The notes under the pieces were generated by a model. That model ran no database searches, was not told the origin of the DNA, and saw only the letters and a list, made by a program, of their open reading frames with translations. 64,000 nucleotides of DNA from Octopus sinensis (Eukaryota): contig NC_043008.1 in assembly GCF_006345805.1 (NCBI RefSeq), forward strand, positions 15,624,001-15,688,000. Reading direction: 5' to 3'. The position numbers were made by a program, and so were the translations under genes. Shown here in pieces: positions 1 through 14,337 of the stretch. How positions within the stretch are numbered: position 1 is the first letter of the stretch; the number at the start of each line of letters is the position of its first letter.

Positions 1-189
<189 letters not shown>

Positions 190-466
190 CAGATTAAAGG
201 CAAGCTTTAGATAAAAACAGTTTTACAAGACATACATACTTAAAAACAATCCGCCATAATAATGCAAAACATAGGCCGGAAAATTGAAGAAGTAGCTATA
301 ACTCATTATAGAGGAACTAGAGGCATTTTGAAAATGTAGTTTTCAAATATAATTGTAAATATAGGAAATATCATAATTGGATAGTCGAAAAGAGCACGGA
401 AACTGTTTACCGAAAAATACATTCTCATCTCTTTAGCTTCACTAACTAGAAGGTTCTCGGTGCGCA

Positions 467-553
467 GATGATGATGATGATGATGATGACGATGACGATG
501 ATGATGATGATGATGATGATGATGATAATGATGATGATGAAGATGATGATGAC

Positions 554-596
<43 letters not shown>

Positions 597-870
597 ATGA
601 CGATGATGATGATGATGATGACGATGATGATGATGACGATGATGATGATGCGATGATGATGATGATGATGATGATGACGTCGACGACGACGATGATGATG
701 ATGACGATGACGATGATGATGATGACGATGATGATGATGATGATGATGATGACGACGACGATGATGATGATGATGATGACAACTACGACGATGATGATGA
801 CGACGATGATGATGATGATGACGACGATGATGATGATGACGATGATGATGATGAATGATGATGATGATGA
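467..870. repeat. (GAT/GAC)n trinucleotide microsatellite
   Basis: Direct reading; source of the poly-M/D/H/S/I ORFs in the track. Confidence 0.98.
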
Positions 871-1476
871 ACAGGGTAACGACGGCAACGCTGACAACGA
901 AGACAATATAATGATGGAGCTTCTGAGTGATAGCATGAGCTAATAAGATGCATAATTATTAGTAGTTTTCGTTCAAAATACGTTCAAACAGTTAAAATAA
1001 GCGTTCAATAAAGCATCGAGTACAACTACCTAAACATAATCTATATTGGAGTTCAACAATGTTTTTTTCAGAAATTAATAACATACAGTCAAGCTAAATA
1101 TCCGGAGATCAGCCACTTGCCATGACAAGGAACCTCAGCATCATATCAAGTGGGTTCAGAAATGATATCAATAAATACGTTTTTAATCATGTAATTTTTT
1201 TTTTATGAAGTCTACGCGTGGGATGCTGGGAGGAAACTTCTCGATGCTCCGTATAATGAGTAAAAATGGGAATGGGAATATAATAGAGATGTACAGATGT
1301 CAGTTAGGAATGAGTCATTTACTATTTACCGTTTATAATTAATTGAAAGCTTCATACAAATTACAAACATATATATCATCATTAAATATCCTGTAATCCA
1401 TAGAATTAGTTCTGTCTACTTATCGTAAAAAAAAAAAAAATACGAATCAAAGATATCAATGAATTGGTAGGCTGCT

Positions 1477-2261
1477 AGGCGGCGAGCTGGCAGAAACGTA
1501 AGCACGCTGGGCGAAATGCGTAGCCGTATTTTGTCTGCCGTTACGTTCTGAGTTCAAATTCCGCCGAGGTCGACTTTGCTTTCATCCTTTCGGGGTCGAT
1601 AAATTAAGTACCAGTTAAGCACTGGGGTCGCTCTAATCGACTTAATCCGTTTGTCTGTCCTTGTTTGTCCTATCTGTGTTCTAGCCCCTTGTGGGCAGTA
1701 AAAAAATAGGTATTTCATCTGCCGCTACGTTCTGAGTTCAAATTCCGCCGAGATAGACTTTGCCTTTCATCCTTTCGGGGTCGATAAATTAAGTACCAGT
1801 TACGCACTGGGGTCGATCTAATCGACTAAATCCCTTTGTCTGTCCTTCATTGTCCCATCTATGTTTAGCCCCAAGTAGGTAATAAAGAAATAAGAAACGT
1901 TAGCACGGCCGGGCGCTATGTTTTGAGTTCAAATTCCGCCGTGGTCGACTTTGCCTTTCATCATTTCGAGGTCGATAAATGAAGTACCAGTTACGCACTG
2001 TGGTCGATGTAATAGACCTAACCCATTTGTCTGTCCTTGTTTGCCCCCTCTATGTTTAGCCCGTTATAGGCAATAAAGAAATAAGAAACGTTAGCACGCC
2101 GAGCGAAATGCTTAGCGGTATTTCCTGTCTTTGCCGAGGTCGACTGAGCCTTTCATCTTTTCGAGGTCGATAAATGAAGTACCAGTTGCGTAATGGGATC
2201 GACCTAATCGACTGACCCCCTCCCCCAAATGTCAGGCCTTGTGCTAAGTGTAGTAAAGAAT
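1477..2261 (+). mobile_element. Head-to-tail array of 4 family-A SINE units (1 full, 3 5'-truncated)
   Basis: Head AAGGCGGCGAGCTGGCAGAAAC with B-box-like GAGTTCAAATTCC; core GTCGACTTTGCCTTTCATCCTTTCGGGGTCGATAAATTAAGTACCAG recurs 4 times; units start near 1477, 1709, 1893 and 2084. Confidence 0.93.
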
Positions 2262-2600
2262 TGGTTTGCTGCTTTTCTTATACAAATTAATGGATCTTTT
2301 GACCTAGAAATTATTTTCGCTCTAATTATGTATATGTCGCCATTAGTTTTTGTCAGAAGATTTGAAAAATTCATTTGAAAACATTGACAATGTATTACGA
2401 ATTTTTCTCATCCCCCATTAACCATTCCAAGCTCGTTTAAAATTTGACACTTGTCTTATATACCTTGAACATATGGGTATGATCATATTCTTTCCAGCAT
2501 TGTCTTTCTATACCTCATGGATGTTCTTGTAGTCAGTAATCGGCAATTTGTAATTATCGCAACCTATCATACAATAGATCTTCTAAACTATGTCCTTTTA
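2262..2600 (-). mobile_element. Decayed Penelope-like RT C-terminal relic (paralogous copy at 7691-7965)
   Basis: Minus-strand translation LEDLLYDRLR* resembles PLE LxTxLYDKR; the paralog gives INGYDKISYFVNVFK. Motif resemblance judged by eye only. Confidence 0.35.
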
Positions 2601-3015
2601 TACTTTTAGTTCTTTCAGAAATTTAAGTGTGGCCATGCTAGAGCACCGCCTCTAGTCGAACAGATCGACTCCAGGACTTATTTTTTGTAAGCCTAGTACT
2701 TATTCCGTCAGTTCTGATGCCAAACCGATAAGTTACGGGGAAATAAGCACACCAGTATCGTTTGTCAAGCGATGCGGGGGTGGGGACAAACGCAAACACA
2801 CAAATACATTCATACATACATACATACATAGATTCATATATATATGTATGTATGTATAAATATATATATATATATTCGACGAGATTCTTTCAGTTTCCGT
2901 CTATCAAATCCAGTGACAAGGCTTTGGTCAGCCCACGACACTTGTCCAAGCTTCCACGCGGAGGGACCGAACCCGGAACTATGTGGATGGGAATCACATG
3001 GCCACACCTGCGCCT
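2596..3015 (-). mobile_element. Family-B SINE with internal microsatellite
   Basis: Reverse complement matches the intact copy at 46276-46687. Confidence 0.9.
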
Positions 3016-3524
3016 ATATAACTATGTTTTTTTTTTGTAAATTCTGTTTAAGAAGGCAATGTCTGTCTTGTGTTGTTGAACAGAATAAAAGAGCGAACGG
3101 GGTGCCATTATCCGATATAATTTACCCAAGACTACATTGTGTTGTCCTGTGTTTCCATCCGACTCTATCCACCAAAATATATATTTTCCCATATAAGATA
3201 AGTGTGTAACATGCACTTCTAAACGACAATAATAAGTCCCTCTATAGGCTTAGGTACACTATTAAAATCATTGAGCTTCTAAATCGAACTACATAATAGA
3301 GTAACAGAAAATAATATTTTACTGCATTTATTCATGCATTGTCACTGTTGATTTCGTGTGTCCACTATAAAATGTGTATCTGGTATTGTATGGAATAGTT
3401 TCAGTGAAATCCGTATTAGCTGTGTTTTGTCTCCCTAACAAATCAATATTATTGAATTTTATGTTCCACAATATAGCATGCAACTGATAGATCTCTATAT
3501 TATTTAGAAGTAAAAGAAATTCTC

Positions 3525-3737
3525 CACTTTGGGCAAAAGGCCTGAATGTTTTACTTTTACTTTTGTGTGGGAGGGTAGGTAAATCGATTAAATCGACCTC
3601 AGTACTCGACTCCTACTTATCTTATCGACCCCAAAAGGATGAAAGGCAAAGTCACTGCTGGCGGAATTCAAAGCGAAAAGAAATGGTGCTAAACATTTTG
3701 TCTGGGATAATAACGATTCTTCCAGTTGTCTGCCTTC
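3525..3737 (-). mobile_element. Family-A SINE, degenerate
   Basis: ATCGACCCCAAAAGGATGAAAGGCAAAGTC is the reverse complement of the family-A core. Confidence 0.85.
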
Positions 3738-3872
3738 ATTCAGAAATATAATGATAGCAATATATTTGGTCTACGTATAACGAGTCAAGGATAACAGTCA
3801 TATATTTAAACTCTTTGTTAAATACTTATAAGTAGAGCGCAAGAAAATGTAGAAGTGTAAGTTTTCTCAAGG

Positions 3873-4250
3873 GAGGGGGAGGGAAGCACTCCATCGGTTA
3901 CGGCGACGCGGGTTCCGGTTGATCCGAATCAACGGAACACCCTGCTCGTGAAATTAACGTGTAAGTGGCTGAGCACTCCACAGACACGTGTACCCTTAAC
4001 GTAGTTCTCGGGGATATTCAGTGTGACACAGAGAGTGACAAGGCCGGCCCTTGGAAATACAGGTAAAACAGAAACAGGAAGTAAGAGTGAGAGAAAGTTG
4101 TGGTGAAAGAGTACAGCAGGGATCACCACCATCCCCTGCCGGAGCCTCGTGGAGCTTTAGGTGTTTTCGCTCAATAAACACTCACAATCGAAACCGCGAT
4201 CCTATGACCGCGAGTCCGCTGCCCTAACCACTGGGCCATTGCGCCTCCAC
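3873..4250 (-). mobile_element. Family-C tRNA-derived SINE with 10-bp TSD
   Basis: Minus-strand head GTGGAGGCGCAATGGCCCAGTGGTTAGGGCAGCGGACTCGCGG contains an A box; the B box is partly deleted; direct repeat TTTCTCAAGG at 3863-3872 and 4251-4260. Confidence 0.92.
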
Positions 4251-4911
4251 TTTCTCAAGGACACGCGGGTTTGAAGTGCATACATTGGATCAAAACATGT
4301 CATGGAATTCTGTATTAATTCTAAAACGCTTTATTCCATTTCCTTATGTTCCTTTAATTTGTGAAGTATGAAACAATACTGGTCAATAGAAAACCAAGTT
4401 CAGCTGCATTGACCAGTTCAGGAGCATAAGTATTATGACTGGAAATTGCTCTGATCGTGCATAGGAGACGAATGCCAATAATAGCTAACAACAAGGCATG
4501 ATGAACATAAACGTCAATATGTTTGGACGTAACTATTACATTCAGTCAATCAACAGAAACTTCGACCTCCCAGTGGATGTAGACTTGTCTATAGACAAGA
4601 TTTCAGTATTTAGGAGCCGTGCTTGATCTGATTGGCAGCTGTGACAAGATGTGTACACCCACACATATATATATATATATAAGTGTTTGTATTTATGTGT
4701 GCATTGGGTTATCATATAAACTTCGCTTCTTTCAAACGTTATTTGAATTAACTTGGAAAGTATTTTTATCGTATTAAACATGGTATATAATTTTGATGAT
4801 GAATTAAGATTGCTTATGAAAACTAAGGTTGAAAATGAATTGACTGAAAACGAACGAATTCACATAGACATATTATTCCTCTATAAATTTTGTTCATTGT
4901 ATTTGAAATTA

Positions 4912-4955
<44 letters not shown>

Positions 4956-5496
4956 CATACATGCATATATACATACTATATCTATACACAGTCATAATTT
5001 ACACAAAGATCCATATACATGTTTGTGTATGTGAATGGGAGTAGTGTTTCACTGTATATAAAAAGAGTGGATCAGAGAGAGAATGATAGATATACATATA
5101 GATTATGTATACATAAACACACAGATGTCCGATGCACACACGCACACACTCACACACTTATACACAGACACTGACATACATATATATATACACTGAAATA
5201 TGATGGTAAATACCAATTAAGTCTCCATTCGACTGTAAAATCTCAACTTAAGTTTGTACATTACTTGAAATATAAAGAATTTGTTTACATGTCGTCAGAT
5301 TCCAAATCGTTTGTTGAATTTGTGTCGTTAAACAATAAATTCAATCAACTGTTCATTACATACGTCGTGAGTTTGTTATTCCAGTCTCGTAACTTTGATA
5401 TTTCACTGAAGTTAATTGATATATGATTTATAATGGAACTCTCTCAATGCCTTCACTCTCTATTTTCTCCTTTTACATCAAATCCTGCATGTTATA

Positions 5497-5701
5497 CAAG
5501 ATGCGGCCGAAATACCTCCCATGTTTGAAAGGTTGACAAAAGGAAAAAGACACGACATTTTGAAAAGAATATTTTACTGTTGTTTCAACAAAGAGTTACA
5601 GTTTTTATTCATCAGCGAAATAAAAACATCATTGGAACTTTCATTTGTTCATTAGCAACACATAGGTGAAAGTTTAAAATGTGGGAGGTATTTCCGCCCT
5701 G
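5497..5701. mobile_element. Tc1/mariner-like MITE
   Basis: Imperfect TIRs sharing GAAATACCTCCCA / TGGGAGGTATTTC, with ends CA...TG flanked by TA on both sides. Confidence 0.7.
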
Positions 5702-5914
5702 TATACAGTCTTCTTTGTATATTAATGGATTACTTAATAACTTTTAAATCAATGCAGTTTTCTTGTTCATGTTTTGTGAAGCCAGAGTGTATTAGTCGTA
5801 TTAATTTTTTGTCACCACCCTAAAACGAAAAACAAACAAAAAAACTATATTTATATACAATCAACTACCCAAATACTGCATACTGTAAGAATGGTGCCAA
5901 AATTTGGCATATAA

Positions 5915-6540
5915 AGGGGCTGGTCTCGTCAATTACTTCAATTCCATTGCTTGCCTGGAACTTATTTCATCGACCTTGAGACGAGTCCACCTGTCCAGAA
6001 TTTGAACTCAGTACTTAAAGACATTCGGAAGAAATGGCGATCAACATTTTCTTCGACACGCTAACGATTCTGCCAACTCGCAACCTTAACATATGATGAA
6101 ATAATATGTTCTAGTATAAGCGCAAGGCCTTGACTATTTAGGGGAGGGGCTAGTCGATTGCGTCGACCCCAAAGCATCACTGGCCGCCTCCCTCAAAATG
6201 CTGGGCCTTGTACCTAGAGCAGAAAAGAATATATTTGTCATAGTTTTGACGGTGAGGTGACAGAGTCGTTAGCATACTGGGAGAAATGCTTAGCGCCATT
6301 CCGTACATCTTTACATTCTGAGTTCAAATTCCCCCCGCTATCCACTTTGCTTTCTATTTTTCGGGACGATAAAAAATGTACCAGTTGAACACTGAGAATA
6401 ATTTAATCGACAGTGCATCCAGAAAGGATGGAAGGCAAAGTCGATCTCAGTGGAATTTGAACTCATTGTAAATACGGACAATATTCCACTAAATATGTCG
6501 TTCGGCGTGCGAACGATTCTGCTAATTCGCAGCCTTGGCG
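5915..6540. mobile_element. Cluster of degenerate family-A SINE pieces in alternating orientation
   Basis: Minus copy about 5915-6088, tail fragments 6115-6230, plus copy about 6258-6410, minus copy about 6420-6537. Confidence 0.8.
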
Positions 6541-6602
6541 TTTGCTATAATAATACAGGACAACATGTTAGAATCCGATATATAAGAATGGCAAATAACA
6601 CG

Positions 6603-7172
6603 CTAGTTAGTTAGTTAGTTAGTTAATTTTTGGCTCAAAAAGCAAAAAGTACAGCCATGTAGGGGGACATGGAGTTATGTACAGGGTGGTGTTCATGTAA
6701 AGAGTTCAGGCCACTTGTGGTCAAGGGAGACTTTGAACCGAGCGGTCGTCGGCATCTTCACCATTTCGTCTGGCAGCTTATTCCACGGATCCGCAACCCG
6801 GACGGAGAAAGCGCCTCTTCTTCCATTGAGATTAAATCGACGCAGATAGAGCTTTTCGGGGTCACCCCGCAAAAGACGCTCTGGAGCAGGAGTGAAGAAC
6901 AGCTCTTTCGAGAGGTTACACTTTCCGCTTATGATGTTGTGAGCAAAAATGCGATCACCACGGCGTCGTCGTTTTCCTAGAGAATAAAGTTCGAGCGTCT
7001 TCAGCCTTTCTTCATAAGACAAATTCTTGAGACCAAGAACGCATGTATGTGTTTGAGGAGATAAGGAGAAAAGGCTTGAATCCCGTACTCCAATATGGGT
7101 CTCACCAGCGTGACATAGAGCGGTAGGAATATGGCTGCTGTGAGCATTCCGAATGACCGTCGAATCAAGAAC
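6603..7172 (-). mobile_element. CR1-clade LINE 3' end (5'-truncated, internal deletion)
   Basis: Translation LYVTLVRPILEYG...SYEERLKTLELYSL.KRRRRGD...FSVRVADPWNKLP...FKVSLD is a canonical CR1 ORF2 C-terminus; (TAAC)n tail at about 6603-6623. Confidence 0.93.
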
Positions 7173-7250
7173 AGGTGGAAAACGTTAAGTGGTATATAGT
7201 CGTACAGGTATTGTGCGTGTGGATTGTGTTTATAATATACTCATCATCGC

Positions 7251-7691
7251 AAGGCGGCAAGCTGGCAGATACGTTAGCACGCTGGGCGAAATGCTTAGAG
7301 GTATTCCGTCTGTCTTACGTGCTGAGTTCAAATTTCGCCGAGGTCGATTTGCCTTTCATCCTGTCAGGGTCGATAAATTAAGGATCAGTTGCATACCGGG
7401 GTAGACCTAATCGACGTCCCCACCAAAAATTTAGGGCCTTGTTCCTAGAGTAGAAAAGAATATACCTACCATCGTAAGGCGGCAAACTGGCAGAAAGGTT
7501 AGCATACTTGGCGAAATGATTAGCGGTATTTCATCTGCCGTTACGTTCTGAGTTCAAATTCCGCCGAGGTCGACTTTGCCTTTCATCCTTTCGGGGTCGA
7601 TAAATTAAGTACCAGTTGCGTTATAGGTCGATCTAATCGACTGCCCCCCTCCTCCAAATTTCGGGCCTTGTGTTTAGAGTAGAAGGGAATT
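7251..7691 (+). mobile_element. Two tandem family-A SINEs
   Basis: Heads at 7251 and 7476, each preceded by a similar ATAC(T/C)(C/T)A(T/C)CATCG flank. Confidence 0.9.
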
Positions 7692-7969
7692 GGTTTGCTG
7701 CTTTTCTTATACAAATTAATGGATCTTTTAACCTAGAAATTATTTTCGCTCTAATTATGTATAGTCGCCATAGTTTTTGTCAGTTGATTTGAAAAATTCA
7801 TTTGAAAACATTAACAAAGTATGAAATTTTGTCATAGCCATTAATCACTCCAGGTTTATTTAAAATTTGACGTTTGTCAAACACCTTGAACATATTATGA
7901 ATATGATCATATTCTCTCAGCGTTGTATTTCTATACCTGATGGATATTCTTGTTCTCTGTAATCGATTG

Positions 7970-8190
7970 GCCCCTCCCCCCAAATTTCAGGCCTTGTGCC
8001 TAGAGTAGAAAAGAATATATTCGTTATAGTTTTGACGGCGATGTGGCAGAGTCGTTAGCTCAGTGGGTGACATGCTTAGCACCATTCCGTACATCGTTAC
8101 ATTCTGAGTTCAAATTCCACCCGGGATCCACTTTGGTTTCCCTTTTTCGGGACTATAAAATATGTACCAGTTGAACACTGAGGTTAATGT
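7970..8190 (+). mobile_element. Family-A SINE tail plus degenerate copy
   Basis: CCCCCAAATTTCAGGCCTTGTGCCTAGAGTAGAAAAGAAT tail followed by a head and core with TTCTGAGTTCAAATTCC. Confidence 0.8.
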
Positions 8191-8349
8191 AGTCTCTCCT
8201 GCAAACCTGCTTCCCTTGTGCCAAAATTTTAGCATTGTTTTTGATGATGCATAGTCATGTTGAAACAACATTAAACACCATTATATGTTTCCTTCAAAGG
8301 AAGTCCTTAATTGCATGTCTTTGTATTTTCGATTTAATAGCTACTATTT

Positions 8350-8860
8350 ATTTGTGTAGATGCGGGTTTATTAAAGCAGCTTTGATCAGTGTTGTTTACT
8401 TTACAATTACAGTATCAAATACGGTTCGAAGTGTATTCAGTGCATCCCAATAACTGCAGCATATTTCAATCAAGCGTATTGATATTACTCTTGGTGCAGG
8501 CATTGTGTGATTAAAAGTTTGAATTTGCGATTCTACCTTGCTTTATTAATGACTTCTAAGGACACCGTACGTCGTTATGCAACCATAATCTTCTACAAAG
8601 AATATTAAACAGATTATAAGCCAATACTCTATTCTGCTTTGCTGTTACTGTTATAAATTATCTTCTGGTGAATCCCTCCATGTGAATGCATTCGGCTATT
8701 AGAAAACTATACAGTCGTTGTTCGAATATAGATGTATATTTGTGTATTTGTTGAACTCTATTTTATGATCACAGCGATCCAAAATTGGTTCTACAGTATA
8801 TGTTGTGTCTCTTATGACTGCATTATTAAGATAAAGGATGTAACCATTAACGCTGACTTC
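8350..8860 (-). mobile_element. Decayed Penelope-like RT relic
   Basis: Ordered motifs DTTY...HKIEF, RR*FITVTAKQ...LFNIL and SNINTLD*NML resemble PLE TY..H, RFIAxSxK and TFDFSTLY. Confidence 0.4.
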
Positions 8861-9041
8861 TGCAACATTTTGCACCTCTGAGTCCCTTTGTCTTTTTGCC
8901 TGTCTCTTTCTCTCTTTGCCTCTATTGCTCTCTCTTATCCACACCTCAGTAACTACCCGTATACTTTCCGTAGAACAAAATCCACTGGAAACGTAGTTTT
9001 ATATGTTACTTCCCTTACAGAAGGTTCATGAAAGAAATGAT

Positions 9042-9880
9042 GTGGCTCTGGATATCTCCAAAACATTTGATCATGACGATGCTGGCCTCGTGTACAAGCT
9101 CCACCCAACTTCTTTCATTTTGTAGCGTCCTACCTGATCTCACCCGCGCTGTATTTGGGCGTGGCTCTATCATTCTCACTCAGAGTCAAGTTTGAATTTA
9201 CCCAGGGTTTTACCTTCTGTACTCTTTCTACACGATAATAAGCTACTTGGCTCTACATCCAACAATGTCCATACTAATGCCGAAGATATGAGCTTCCAGT
9301 CGTACTAAACCTACCTCATCTATGTAAATAAGATATTGCATTGACAACCTCCACTGATTCCGTAGTATGAGTACCCGAGAGAATCTTCAGTGGAACCACA
9401 CTAATCTTGTTTCCTTTAACATCAGTAAAACTAAGCACTACTTATATTAAGGAAGCAACCCCGGAACATCCCCTTCCCTCACTAAAGGGCAATCAGCTTC
9501 AACCCTTACACTTGATCCCAATACTGGGCTTCACAATTCATGAAGGATCTCTCCTTGTGAAAGAACAGCTTTGGCTTAGCCATGATCGCATCACACAGCC
9601 TGACCTCTCACTTTATGTCTAGAAAATATTTCAGCCTCCTTAAATAAGTGGTACTCCAGAAAACTCATGTCTGTACTGTTCCCTTCCAGTGACAATGGTG
9701 ATCTTGCACACAGTCATTCAATGTCCATCTAGTAAAGGGTCACTCCCTTACTCGCTATTTTTCAGTCGCTAACAACACACAACAGTCTCTGGTCTACAAC
9801 CCAGCTGTTTCTGCTCTTCCATCGCTCATATAACGACACTTGTTCCTCAGATATGCTCGGGTATCGTACTTTCAGCACAC
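9042..9880 (+). mobile_element. Highly degenerate CR1/L2-group LINE RT relic
   Basis: VALDISKTFD, a PQG-like segment, INKLLGSTSNNVHTNAED (decayed YADD) and WNHTNLVSFNISKT occur in the correct order. Confidence 0.75.
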
Positions 9881-10737
9881 AGACAAGAAAACAACTCTTC
9901 TTTCTACTTCTCATCAAAATTTAATGATTTCGCCTTTATATTTGGAATATTATAAATAAATTCTATAAACGATAAATTAATATATTGTAAATAATAATTT
10001 ATAATAAATAATATTATAAATCAATATTATAAATAATAATTTAGTGGGAAGCGGTTCGATATGATCCATCAAAAACCTCGCCGGCTGTGTGTCCGGGTTA
10101 ACGCTTGGAAATTACTAATATAACGAGAAACGTATGTGTGTGTCTGTGCGGACATTTGTGTGTGCTTCTGTGTGTATCTGTGCGAATGTGTGTGCCTGTG
10201 CGGATGTGTGTGCCTGTGTATCTCTGATCGTGTGTATATGTGTACTGTAAATATGCTTCTATGTGTGAGTGTGTATGCGGTTTTTAAGTATGTATATCAA
10301 ATATGTAGATTTGTGTATTTAGACAAATTAATTCATATAAATACGTGTCAATTTCTGTGAAAATATGTACTTATTTAAACGGGGTTTACACTATGTCGTT
10401 CTAAATTTGGTTTAATAATTATATCTTCATTGAATACTAATAACAAGAAATCAATAATTACTATATGGCTGTAATGACTATTTCAATATGCAATACATGG
10501 TGTTGTTTACTTAATATACTTGCATTATAAATAAAGATTTGCATAATTAAAATAATTATCAGTTTATTTGTATAATCACAAACGAGTAACTCGATTTACC
10601 CTCAGATGGACACACATACACACACTCACACACGCACGTATTTATACATATATGCATGTACATGCATCTATATGTATTTATGTGTATATGTTTGTGTGTG
10701 TATATACATATACATATACATATATACACAAATATAA

Positions 10738-10772
<35 letters not shown>

Positions 10773-11789
10773 CAAGTGATTTTGAACATGTCTCAGTTTC
10801 TTTCATGTTATGGTTTTTCCGTACGTTCTAATATATTACGGTGTTATGGTATTAGAATTATATTAATATATGAGAAATAAAAGCACTCCATTAATGTAAA
10901 TGCCATACATACTTATAAAATTAATATCATCGTTGATAACTAATAATACGCTATAGAAAGCCACTTTCATTGTTCGTCAATGCGTACATTTTTTTCGTCC
11001 TCCCTCTCTTTCTTTCTCTCTCACTATCTCTATCTCCCCCAAATTAAGAGAAAATGCACGAAATATTAATAACTCTATTTCCGAATAAATATTATAATTA
11101 GAGAATAACATTACTCTTATTGCAATAGAGAAATACCACCAATAGAATATATATTGAATAGCAATTTGAAATCCTAACAAACTGAATGGTTCTCTTAACT
11201 TTAAATCACATTTCTAAACAAAAGGAAATATTTAAAAAAGTTATTGATGATTATTGTTATTATTTTCTCGACTGCTTTTACTTTCTATAAGTATTTTGAA
11301 GTTAACTTTCATTCAATTGACGGCGATTTAAAACATGTTATTCAATTAAAAATGGTGAAAGACCGCATAAATAAAATTCCTAAGCAACGTATTTTAAACT
11401 GTAAATACGCTCACACAAAAATAAATAATAATTCAGATTTCAGTCGGTTATATATGTGAATTCCTGGCACATAATGGCCTAAAACGATGAAAATTTCAAT
11501 GGCAGTATTGATATTTTGAATGAATTCCTTAATACAACAATGTCCGATGCTTTATGTGCTGTACAGTTTGATTGAAGAGATTTATGAAAGAAATAAAAAA
11601 TAAACCTATATAAAGTATAAAGAACGGGAACATATATAGAAAATACACAAAAAAGCCTACTGTTCCCATGCTGTTTGGCAATGATGTCTGCCGGGTTTTA
11701 TATTGTAAATGGAATATTCAGTTATTTGTTCATATATTTCTTCCAGTAGCGCATCGGGTTTAATTTAGCCAGTGTTAGCTGTGGATTGT

Positions 11790-13200
<1,411 letters not shown>

Positions 13201-13649
13201 ACTAGAAATTACTTTGACGGTTTGGCTTTTCTTTAGGGAATTAACAATGTAATTGATATGAAGTGGCTCTAATAGAGAGTTGAATCCAGTAAATAGCAGG
13301 GATAAATAGGATTTATGATACATGAAATGTAATTGATGAGCATGGTATAAATCTCTGAAATTGTAAAGCAACTACAATTCCCCACTGAAGTTCGATTCTT
13401 TCCTTTTCAACCAATAATGCTTTTCAGAGTGTCATGGAATTAACATGTCCATTTACAGTCTCTCCCGCTCTATACGACAGATGAATGTAATGAAGTAACA
13501 GGCGCAATCTGGACCACCAAATACTCATATACAATGTATTGCCACTTTCCACGTGTGCCATGTTTCTGTTCTTGTCAAAGCAGCAAACGGTGAAATACTC
13601 TGTGAGTTCTATGATAAATTACACCAATGTTAAATAAATTGAATGTAAA

Positions 13650-13850
13650 GCGGCGAGGTGGATGAATTGTTAGCATGCGGGACAAAACGCTCAGAGATAT
13701 TTCGTCTATTTTTATGTTCTGACCGATGTAGACTTTGCCTCTCATGTTTTCGGGGTGGATAAAATTAGTTCCAGTTGAGAACTGGGGTCTATGTAATCTA
13801 GATACTCCCACCCCGAAACTGTTGTTGGCCTTGTGTCAAAATTTGAAACC
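13650..13850 (+). mobile_element. Family-A SINE, degenerate
   Basis: AAGCGGCGAGGTGG head and GACTTTGCCTCTCATGTTTTCGGGGTGGATAAA core. Confidence 0.8.
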
Positions 13851-14337
13851 AATATAAAAAAAAAATTGTAGCATGTCTCCAAACAGAATGACAAGTCATC
13901 CGTGTTCTTTACGAATTTTGTGTACTTTGAGTTAATGAAAGAATGTTAGATAATTTTACCCCTGCAAGCGAAGATACAGCGAATAATGGGAACATAGCAT
14001 CTTTCTGGTATATATCCTCTATGCTAATGAAAATATCGATATGATATTCACAGGCATACGGATAAATATTCTTATTTAGAAACACCGGATTTAAGAGGAT
14101 TTATATTGTACTCAAAAGCAGAGCTAATAACAACTGATTAAACATTGTTGCAGATAAGTAATCTGCCACAAAACCGTTGATATGACGTTAATATTAAATG
14201 AAATTAACACGTATAAATCAAAATGTACGAACAAATCCTGTATTTAATTGTGTTGTCGCAATAAAAGGTATGTTTACATATCCGAGTGGTCAGGGAGAAA
14301 AGAAAGAGAAAATTCTCACAGAAATTGTAGTTATTAA

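Noticed and set aside
306-943. Poly-Met/Asp/His/Ser ORFs
   Set aside because: Translations of the (GAT/GAC)n tract; open in several frames on both strands only because of the repeat.
1477-2261. CRISPR-like repeat array
   Set aside because: Units are 180-230 bp SINE copies with no unique spacers and no cas genes; eukaryotic context.
4185-4250. tRNA-like sequence (also the heads at 46276 and 26252)
   Set aside because: SINE heads continuing into SINE bodies; no complete cloverleaf, and the B box is deleted in this copy.
4583-4598. 16-bp perfect palindrome CTTGTCTATAGACAAG
   Set aside because: Isolated, with no supporting context.
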